This document shows positions 56,869 to 64,000 of a DNA stretch of 64,000 nt, piece by piece. Numbering within the stretch: the stretch's first letter is position 1; each line of letters begins with the position of its first letter. Below the pieces are notes generated by a model. The model did no database searches, had not been told where the DNA came from, and saw nothing but the letters and a program-made list of their open reading frames with translations. Position numbers and translations under genes: made by a program. This stretch comes from an uncultured Candidatus Saccharibacteria bacterium (GTDB lineage Bacteria > Patescibacteriota > Minisyncoccia > GWC2-36-17 > CAYHJU01): positions 32,871 through 96,870 of the forward strand of contig CAYHJU010000001.1 of NCBI GenBank assembly GCA_964357175.1, read 5' to 3'.

Positions 56869-58545
56869 ATGAAAATGTATAAGCAAAACTTATCTAACGG
56901 GGTAAAAACTAAACATCTTATTGTTGGTTCCGTTATTATAAGTTCTCTGATAATCGGCTCGGCTGTTTTGATCGGTAAGGTTTTTGCTCAAGAGGCGGGC
57001 GGAGTTGCCAGTATCCAATATCCGGTCAAAGAATTGGGCGGTTGTAAAGATGAGGCGGCTTGCAGGTCTTATTGTGATAAGACCGAGAACACGAGCGCCT
57101 GTTTAAATTTTGCTGAAAAAAACAATTTAATGCCCAAAGAAGAAATCGAGAGGGCAAAAAAATTTGTGGCATCTGGGAGCAAGGGTCCGGGTAATTGTCG
57201 CGGTAAAAATGAGTGCGAGACTTATTGTAACGACATAACCCGCATTGATGAATGCGTCGCCTTCGCCGAAAAAAATAATTTGATGACTGCGAATGATTTG
57301 GTAGAGGCCAAAAAAGTTCAAGCCGCTATCAAAAGAGGCGTGAAGCCTCCGGCCTGTGGAAATAAAGACCAGTGCGACGCTTATTGTAGCGAAGCCGGTC
57401 ATATGGAAGAATGTATTTCTTTTGCTTCGGAGGCCGGTTTTATTCAGGGCAAAGAACTTGAAGATGCCCAGAAAATGTTGGTAGCCATTAAAAAAGGAGT
57501 GAAGCCGTTACCATGTCGTGGCAAGGATGCTTGCGATGCCTATTGTAGTAGCCCCGATAATATGGAGGCGTGTATAAGCTTTGCTTCGGAGGCCGGTTTT
57601 ATGAGCGATCAGGAAAAAGCTGATTCCCAAAAAATGTTGCAGGCTTTGAAAAAGGGAATCAAACCACCGGCCTGCAAGGGCAAGGAGGAGTGTGATAATT
57701 ATTGTTCACAAGATGCGCACTTTGAAGAATGTCTTAAATTTTCCGAAGCGGCTGGATTTATGAATGCGGAGGAAGCCGCTATGGCTCGGAAAACTGGAGG
57801 CAAGGGTCCAGGAGGCTGTAAGAGTAAAGATGAGTGTGAGGCCCTTTGTAATAATCCAGACAATCAAGAAATGTGCTTTAATTTTGGAAAAGAAAACGGC
57901 ATGATTCCACCGGAAGATTTAAAGAGAATGGAAGAAGGAAAGCAAAAATTTCAAGAAACATTAAACCAGGCGCCATCATCTGTGCTTGAATGTCTTGATT
58001 CTCAGATTGGAGCGGAGATGATGGCAAAATTCAAAAGTGGCACGACTATGCCACCTAAAGAAATTGGAGGTCAGATGAAAAATTGTTTTGAAAAAATGAT
58101 GGGTCCGGGTGAACCAGGTGCAGGTGGCGCGATGGCGCCTGGCGGACAGTCCGCGCCGGGCGGATCTTCGGGTTTTGGTAGTGGCGGACAATTTGCACCA
58201 GGCACCAGCGACCCAAATATTCAACCCGGACAATTTCCACCAGCAGGACCGGGTGCTTGCCAAAATCCTGAAGAATGTCAAGGACAACAGCAAATGCCAA
58301 ATAATATGATGGCACCTCCGCAACCATGCCAAGGAGAAAATTGTGGTCCAACAGAGCCTATGGGTCAACCTGGAGAATATCAATCAGCGCCACCCGGATC
58401 TTTCTTGCCGCCGATAAATCAGCAATCACCATTAAACCAACAGCCACTGATAAATAATATTGTGCCGCCTCCAAGTGGCGCCATTACTCCAGAGTCACTG
58501 CCGGGTTTCTTTTTAAATGTATTTTTATTGATGTTTGGTCTTTAA
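56869..58545 (+). CDS. secreted protein with six tandem ~50-aa four-cysteine repeats and a Pro/Gly/Gln-rich C-terminal region
   Basis: N-terminal TM/signal, then repeats of the form C.GK.EC..YC....... .EC..FA...G(F/L)M....L..A.K, then low-complexity PGQ-rich tail and terminal hydrophobic segment. Confidence 0.6.
   Translation: MKMYKQNLSNGVKTKHLIVGSVIISSLIIGSAVLIGKVFAQEAGGVASIQYPVKELGGCKDEAACRSYCDKTENTSACLNFAEKNNLMPKEEIERAKKFVASGSKGPGNCRGKNECETYCNDITRIDECVAFAEKNNLMTANDLVEAKKVQAAIKRGVKPPACGNKDQCDAYCSEAGHMEECISFASEAGFIQGKELEDAQKMLVAIKKGVKPLPCRGKDACDAYCSSPDNMEACISFASEAGFMSDQEKADSQKMLQALKKGIKPPACKGKEECDNYCSQDAHFEECLKFSEAAGFMNAEEAAMARKTGGKGPGGCKSKDECEALCNNPDNQEMCFNFGKENGMIPPEDLKRMEEGKQKFQETLNQAPSSVLECLDSQIGAEMMAKFKSGTTMPPKEIGGQMKNCFEKMMGPGEPGAGGAMAPGGQSAPGGSSGFGSGGQFAPGTSDPNIQPGQFPPAGPGACQNPEECQGQQQMPNNMMAPPQPCQGENCGPTEPMGQPGEYQSAPPGSFLPPINQQSPLNQQPLINNIVPPPSGAITPESLPGFFLNVFLLMFGL
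57013..57900 (+). repeat. in-frame tandem coding repeats (~150 nt x6) inside the Cys-rich protein gene
   Basis: Recurrent segments encoding ...C(D/E)AYCS...M(E/D)(E/A)CISFASEAGF... at 57361, 57517, 57670. Confidence 0.5.
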
Positions 58546-58673
58546 TCTAAACTAATCAAAAATGAGCCCAATTATAGAGGAACTAAAAAATGAACATAAA
58601 CAAATTCTTGCCATTCTTGGTAAAATAGAAACAACTCAAGATCTCAATGATAAAAAATATATTTAAATAAAAA

Positions 58674-60626
58674 ATGCCAAATCAAGATCGATCAGAAAAT
58701 ATAAAAAATACGCGTTATGGTGAGGGCAAATATAGGGCACTTTTTATGGCGTCTCGTGACGCCGTTATGACTCTTGAGGCGCCGTCCTGGAAGTTTACAT
58801 CTGGAAATCCGGCCACAGTAGAAATGTTTAAGGCAAAGGATGAGGCAGAATTTTTATCTTATGAGCCGTGGAAATTATCTCCCAAGCTTCAACCGGATGG
58901 TCGCGCTTCTGACAAAAAAGCTAAAGAAATGATTGAAAAAGCGATGCGCGAGGGATCTAATTTTTTTGAGTGGACGCACAAGCGTTTAAATGGCGAGAAT
59001 TTTTTCGCAGAAGTTTTATTATCAAGAGTTGAGTATGACGGAGAAGCGTTTCTTCATGCTGTGGTCAGGGATGTTACTGAGCAAAAAAAAATGGCAGAAA
59101 AGTTAAAAGAACAGGAAGAAGAAAAATTTAGGACCGTTTTTGATGGCGCAAGTGACGGAATGCTTTTGATGGATATATCGATCAAAAAATTTTACCTTTA
59201 CAATAAGGCAATTTGCCGAATGTTGGGATATGGTCCCGAAGAGATAAAAAATTTAAGCGCCACAGATATTTGTTCAAAAAACGATTCGGCTTATGTTTTG
59301 AAGCAATTCGATAGATTGACAGCAGGAGAAATTGAATCAATTGATGGTGTTGCAATAAAAAGAAAAGACAGCAGTGTTTTTTATGCTGATATTACCGGTT
59401 CTAAAATAATAATAAGCGGTAAAATGTATTGTTTGGGCATTTTCAGAGATGTAACTGAACATAAAAAAATGGAGGAAGAGCTCAAGAACAAATATGAAGA
59501 GATAGAAAAAGAAAAAGAAGAAACTAGGTTGTTGGCTCAAAATTTGGAGAAATTTAAGCTTGCTGTGGAAAGCGCCTCTGATCATATAGTGATTACTGAC
59601 GCAGAAGGCATTATTTTATATGCGAATAAAGCAACAGAACATATCACGGGGTATCCAATAAGGGAAATTATTGGAGCGAAGGCAGGAAAACCCTGGGGTG
59701 GACTAATGGACAAAGATTTTTATGTAAAAATGTGGAAAGTGATTAAACAAGACAAGAAAACTTTTAAAGGAGAAATTAAAAATAAACGTAAAAATGGGCA
59801 AATTTATGATGCTGAAACGAGCATTTCTCCCATATTTAATAAAAATGGCGAGGTGGAATTTTTTGTTAGTATAGAACGCGACATAACAACAGTAAAAGAA
59901 ATTGATCGGGCAAAAAGTGAGTTTGTTTCTCTGGCGTCGCACCAGCTTCGTACTCCGCTTACAGCAATCAGTTGGTATTTAGAAGAGGTGTTTGATGAAA
60001 AAACTGGAAAGCTTAATAAACAACAAAAAGAATATTTAAACGAGGTACAAAATAGTAGCCGCAGAATGATCGATCTAATAAACAACCTTTTGAATCTTTC
60101 CAGAATTGAGCTTGGCACATTTGCTATTATGCCAAGATCCACCGATTTGGTTGAATTGGCTGAAGACGCGATAAAAGACGTTGTCCTACAGGCGAGATTA
60201 AAAAAAATCAAAATAGAAAAAGATTACGAAGAGGGCTTATCAAAAATTAATCTCGATCCAAAGTTAACTGCGATGGTTTTTCAAAATCTTGTTTCTAATG
60301 CAATAAAATATACTCCAGAGAACGGGGAAATAAACATAAAAATAAAAAAAGAAGGCGAAAATGCGCTTATCGTGGTAAAAGATACCGGCTACGGAATACC
60401 CAAAGACGCACAATCTAAAATTTTTACTAAATTTTATCGTGCCGACAATGTTCGCACACAGGATCCCAACGGTAACGGATTGGGGCTTTATATTGTAAAA
60501 GCGATAGTAGAAAAATCCAAGGGAAAAATCTGGTTTGAGTCTGAAGAGGACAAGAGCCTGCCTGCCGGTAGGCATGGCACGACATTCTTTGTTTCTTTAC
60601 CTTTGGGAAAAGCCGAAAGTAAATAA
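58674..60626 (+). CDS. cytoplasmic sensor histidine kinase with three PAS domains
   Basis: No TM segments; PAS/PAC repeats; HisKA H-box SHQLRTPLTAISWY; HATPase_c N/G boxes (NAIKYT, GNGLGL). Confidence 0.8.
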   Translation: MPNQDRSENIKNTRYGEGKYRALFMASRDAVMTLEAPSWKFTSGNPATVEMFKAKDEAEFLSYEPWKLSPKLQPDGRASDKKAKEMIEKAMREGSNFFEWTHKRLNGENFFAEVLLSRVEYDGEAFLHAVVRDVTEQKKMAEKLKEQEEEKFRTVFDGASDGMLLMDISIKKFYLYNKAICRMLGYGPEEIKNLSATDICSKNDSAYVLKQFDRLTAGEIESIDGVAIKRKDSSVFYADITGSKIIISGKMYCLGIFRDVTEHKKMEEELKNKYEEIEKEKEETRLLAQNLEKFKLAVESASDHIVITDAEGIILYANKATEHITGYPIREIIGAKAGKPWGGLMDKDFYVKMWKVIKQDKKTFKGEIKNKRKNGQIYDAETSISPIFNKNGEVEFFVSIERDITTVKEIDRAKSEFVSLASHQLRTPLTAISWYLEEVFDEKTGKLNKQQKEYLNEVQNSSRRMIDLINNLLNLSRIELGTFAIMPRSTDLVELAEDAIKDVVLQARLKKIKIEKDYEEGLSKINLDPKLTAMVFQNLVSNAIKYTPENGEINIKIKKEGENALIVVKDTGYGIPKDAQSKIFTKFYRADNVRTQDPNGNGLGLYIVKAIVEKSKGKIWFESEEDKSLPAGRHGTTFFVSLPLGKAESK

Positions 60627-60654
60627 TCTATCAAAGACATTTTTATATAAATAC

Positions 60655-61839
60655 ATGCCAATCCAATCATCTATTCTCAACGCCATCTTTGACACCACAC
60701 TGGCATTGTATAGGGTTGCAGATAAGATTTTTGACGACAATTTTTTTAAAAAGAAATTGCGCAGATGTGGCCTAGAGATTCTAATCTTGGTTCAAGCTGT
60801 TTTTTCTGGTGATAATTTTGATCAAAACGCCCACTTTGCTTTGGAGAAAAAAATAGATGACATTTTATTATTATTAAAATTTGGGAAGTCTTATTACCAT
60901 TTAGTTAATCCCCTTAATTTTTCTATACTAATAAATTCTTATGAATCACTACAACCGGAAATCTATCAAAGTTTGGCTTCAGTAGAAAAGGCGACAAAAG
61001 CTCGTTTTGTTAAAAATACGGAGAACGAGTCCGATCAACCAACCAAGGATTTTATGGAAAAAGATGAATTTGTATATTTAGCCTCTCACCAATTGCGAAC
61101 CCCGTTGTCTGCGATTAGTTGGTATGCTGAGATGCTTTTGTCCGAAGATGCTGGCAATATCAATCAACAACAGAAAAAGTATTTGGAAGAAGTTTATAAT
61201 AACAGTCAAAAAATGTCGCAGCTAATAAATACTCTCTTAAACATTTCTCGAATTGAATCGGGATGTTTCGCTGTGGAAATAAAACCACTCAATTTTTCTG
61301 TGATTTTAGATGATGTATTGCTGGAGCTTGATCATGAAATTTCTAATAAAAAAATTACTATTGAAAAAATTTATAACCCTACGCCAACAGTAAAAGCCGA
61401 TTATCATTTGGCATATGTTATTTTTCAAAACTTAATATCTAATTCCATCAAATATACTCCTGAGGGAGGGGAGATAAAAATTGAAGTTAATTTTTTAAAA
61501 AACGAAAAAGAGATTAATCTTAAAATAAAAGAATGCGTTTTGATTAAAATTTCAGATAATGGTTATGGTATTCCAAAAAATCAGCAAGAAAAAGTTTTTA
61601 CTAAGTTATTTCGGGGAGACAACATTAAAAACAAGGATTCCGCAGGATTTGGCATCGGTTTGTACACGGTAAAATTAATGTCAGATCGCTGTGGGTTTAA
61701 AATATGGTTTGAGTCTGAAGAGGACAGTGGTCTGTCTGCCAGTAGGCATGGCACGACCTTTTATATCGCTATTCCCTTGGAGGGAATGAAAGAAAAAGAG
61801 GGTTCGGAAGATAAAAAAAATGAGCATAGTTTAAGTTAA
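60655..61839 (+). CDS. histidine kinase (no PAS; N-terminal domain of unknown function)
   Basis: H-box SHQLRTPLSAISWY, N-box NSIKYT, G-box GFGIGL. Start set at the ATG at 60655 to avoid overlapping the preceding kinase. Confidence 0.75.
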   Translation: MPIQSSILNAIFDTTLALYRVADKIFDDNFFKKKLRRCGLEILILVQAVFSGDNFDQNAHFALEKKIDDILLLLKFGKSYYHLVNPLNFSILINSYESLQPEIYQSLASVEKATKARFVKNTENESDQPTKDFMEKDEFVYLASHQLRTPLSAISWYAEMLLSEDAGNINQQQKKYLEEVYNNSQKMSQLINTLLNISRIESGCFAVEIKPLNFSVILDDVLLELDHEISNKKITIEKIYNPTPTVKADYHLAYVIFQNLISNSIKYTPEGGEIKIEVNFLKNEKEINLKIKECVLIKISDNGYGIPKNQQEKVFTKLFRGDNIKNKDSAGFGIGLYTVKLMSDRCGFKIWFESEEDSGLSASRHGTTFYIAIPLEGMKEKEGSEDKKNEHSLS

Positions 61840-61876
61840 CTTAATCATAAAAACATGCTAAAATAAAGGCAAGATG

Positions 61877-62287
61877 ATGAATCAACCCAAAACAATTTTA
61901 ATTGTGGAGGACGAGCAAAATTTGTTAGATGTGCTTGCTGATAAGCTTGGTGCCAGCGGCTTTTCTGTGCTTAAAGCCGAAAATGGCGAAAAAGGTTTAG
62001 ATTTAGCGTTAAAATATCATCCAGATTTAATTTTATTAGACATTCTTATGCCCAAAATGGACGGTTTAACAATGGTGCGCAGACTAAGAGAAGATGTGTG
62101 GGGTAGTACCGCATCGGTTATCATTTTGACCAATTTGGTGGATAATGAAAAAGTGATGGAAGCTGTGAAAAATAAAGTCAGTGACTATTTAATCAAAACT
62201 GATTGTAAATTGAAAGACTTGGTTGAAATGATTAAAAAGAAATTAGGCTTAAATCGGACGTTTCAATCGTCCGTCTACTATTATTGA
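61877..62287 (+). CDS. single-domain response regulator (receiver only)
   Basis: ILIVEDE...DLILLDILMPKMDG...K receiver signature; no output domain. Confidence 0.8.
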   Translation: MNQPKTILIVEDEQNLLDVLADKLGASGFSVLKAENGEKGLDLALKYHPDLILLDILMPKMDGLTMVRRLREDVWGSTASVIILTNLVDNEKVMEAVKNKVSDYLIKTDCKLKDLVEMIKKKLGLNRTFQSSVYYY

Positions 62288-62323
62288 TTTTAGAATTTTA
62301 AAATATAAATCTAAAATCAATAC

Positions 62324-64000
62324 ATGAAAAAATTTTTAAAATTTAGTTTGATATTAGCCTTGTTGATCACTATGGGTGGCTATGCGCCCGCTGTTTTTGC
62401 GACAGCTACAGTTACACCGGCCACGGGTGGATCGGCCATATCGGCTGATACCACCGGAGGATCTTATGCCGCGCTAGCCGGACCAATAATTTTAGAAGGG
62501 GCCACCGCTGATATTGGAACAGGGACAATTATACTGAATGCTCCATCTGGATTTAATTTTAATACTGTCGCAAGTAGCGTTACTGCCACACGAACTGATG
62601 TCGCGGGAACTGGGTGTAATCCTTCTAGAAGACTATTGATAAATGCCGGAGCTTCACAAATAGTCACTCCCACCGCGACAACGATTACTATAAATATAAC
62701 ACGAATAACTTCTAGCGGATGCCGTAACATTATAACTTGGACAGGCATTCAGGTTCGTCCGACAGCGGGCACTCCTTTGGCCTCTGGCAATATTGTCAAA
62801 ACCGGGACTTCATCAATCGTTGGTGTTACCAATAGCGTTACTAATTTTGGCGCATTGACCGAAGTCGCTGGCGCTAAAAATAAACTTGCTTTTACAACCG
62901 AACCTTCATCTGCGGCTACTATTGGAGTCGATTTTGCAACCAAACCGGTTGTGACAGTTCAAGATCAATTTGGAAATACCAGAATTTCTGACAGCGCAAG
63001 CACCATTAGTCGTGGCGCGGTTTTGTCTACTCAGGCTTGCGGTGGTACTGCAGGATCTGGCGTTTTGACATCGATCCCTGCAAATGGCGCCACTGTGGCT
63101 TCTGGTGTGATGAATTATACCGCCATGCAATATTCGTCTGCAGAGAGTATTAAAATTTGTGCCAGCTCTACTGGTGTAACTTCTGCCTTAAGCAACGCAA
63201 TTGTTGTTAGTAAGGTGAATACAACAACTGTAGTTGTGTCCTCTGGCAATCCTTCAGTTTATGGTCAACCAGTAACTTTTACCGCTACGGTAACTCCGGC
63301 GAATGGTGGTCCGCCAAGTGGAACCGTTACATTTAAAGATGGGCCCACTACTATTGGTACAGGAATTTTAAATGGCGCTAATCCTGGAGTTGCTGTTTTT
63401 TCCATCAGCAATCTTTCTGTTTTGGGATCACCGCACTCTATTACAGCTGTGTACGGAGGTGATAGTAATTTTAATGGAAGTACATCCAGCACCATTTCTC
63501 AAACAATTACCGGCAAATCTTTAACCGTCTCCGGAATCACGGCCAGTGACAAATTATATGATGGCAATACGACGGCGACGCTCATAGGAGCTCCCGGTAC
63601 ATTAGTTGGCGTAATGTTAGGAGATGATGTTTCTTTGGCGGGAACCGCCATTGGTACTTTTGACACTCCAGATGTTGGCGCTGGCAAGACTGTAACTATA
63701 AGCGGGCAATTTTTAGCTGGAGTAGACGCCCCAAATTACACTTTGATAGAGCCGACAACTGTTGCCAGCATTACTAATAATATTCCGACAATCACCTCGA
63801 TCAATCCGACCTTCATCAATACCAATGATCCAGGATTCACACTAACAGTTAATGGTTCTAATTTTGTTGCTGGCTCAACGGTGAATTTTAATGGTTTTGC
63901 CCGCGTTACAACATATGTTTCCAGCACTCAATTAACTGTTGCAATTTTAAATTCTGATTTAATCACAGCAGGAACATTCCCGATTACTGTCACCAATCCA
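62324..64000 (+). CDS. large surface protein with bacterial Ig-like repeat domains, 3'-partial (runs off the window)
   Basis: Signal peptide MKKFLKFSLILALLITMGGYAPAVFA; T/S/G/V-rich beta-rich repeats with YDGNTTAT- and NYTLIEPTT-type motifs. The minus-strand ORFs listed here are antisense artefacts. Confidence 0.6.
   Translation, partial: MKKFLKFSLILALLITMGGYAPAVFATATVTPATGGSAISADTTGGSYAALAGPIILEGATADIGTGTIILNAPSGFNFNTVASSVTATRTDVAGTGCNPSRRLLINAGASQIVTPTATTITINITRITSSGCRNIITWTGIQVRPTAGTPLASGNIVKTGTSSIVGVTNSVTNFGALTEVAGAKNKLAFTTEPSSAATIGVDFATKPVVTVQDQFGNTRISDSASTISRGAVLSTQACGGTAGSGVLTSIPANGATVASGVMNYTAMQYSSAESIKICASSTGVTSALSNAIVVSKVNTTTVVVSSGNPSVYGQPVTFTATVTPANGGPPSGTVTFKDGPTTIGTGILNGANPGVAVFSISNLSVLGSPHSITAVYGGDSNFNGSTSSTISQTITGKSLTVSGITASDKLYDGNTTATLIGAPGTLVGVMLGDDVSLAGTAIGTFDTPDVGAGKTVTISGQFLAGVDAPNYTLIEPTTVASITNNIPTITSINPTFINTNDPGFTLTVNGSNFVAGSTVNFNGFARVTTYVSSTQLTVAILNSDLITAGTFPITVTNP

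Noticed and set aside
60559-60575. Copies of the CCTGCCTGCCGG(T)AGGCA palindrome family inside both histidine kinase genes (also 61730-61756)
   Set aside because: They lie in frame within a conserved C-terminal kinase segment (LPAGRHGTTF), so they are most simply coding sequence rather than inserted repeat elements. Noted only as a curiosity.
62464-63927. Chain of short minus-strand ORFs (62464-62748, 62749-62943, 62906-63130, 63265-63495 and others)
   Set aside because: All are antisense to the long plus-strand Ig-like surface-protein reading frame that runs off the window. Their Thr/Val/Pro-rich translations are composition artefacts.

Overview
This 64 kb window is low-GC (about 35-40 % by eye) bacterial chromosomal DNA, densely coded and mostly syntenic on the + strand. 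Its gene content resembles a small-genome Patescibacteria/CPR-like organism (inference). Contents in order:

- A natural-competence/type IV pilus locus: comFC, pilM, pilN, pilO, pilB, a CheY-like receiver, pilT, pilC, two pilins, pilD and four minor pilins.
- Housekeeping genes: ligA, gatC, gatA, then further on adk, map, ruvX, a GT2 glycosyltransferase, galT-like, dedA, tpiA and guaB.
- A tRNA-Lys locus carrying a GIY-YIG gene and a truncated, hairpin-disrupted 5' tRNA copy, followed by a high-GC expression cassette (consensus promoter, AGGAGG, GC-rich ORF, strong terminator).
- A threonine operon with a Thr-codon leader-peptide attenuator: thrL, thrA, asd, a shikimate-kinase-like P-loop kinase where thrB would be, and thrC.
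- tRNA-fMet and tRNA-Met.
- A type II restriction-modification pair whose methyltransferase carries a C-terminal SNase-like domain.
- A second GIY-YIG cassette of the same layout at tRNA-Asp.
- tsaC, a secreted M64-like metallopeptidase cluster, rmuC and rplU.
- recR, dnaB, a CorA-like transporter and a GT39-like glycosyltransferase, both preceded by long hairpins that would sequester a GGGGGT Shine-Dalgarno-like element.
- rplT, rpmI and infC.
- A tmRNA gene (tag ANLFSKARVAFATPVLAFA) next to smpB, with a 19-nt duplication of its 3' end.
- tsaD, tRNA-Glu with a partial upstream duplication, and pepF in a modestly GC-elevated segment.
- A Cys-rich tandem-repeat secreted protein, two histidine kinases plus a receiver, and a 5' fragment of a large Ig-like surface protein.

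A perfect 20-nt palindrome, CCTGCCTGCCGGCAGGCAGG, recurs in several intergenic sites. No CRISPR array, rRNA or transposase was seen.
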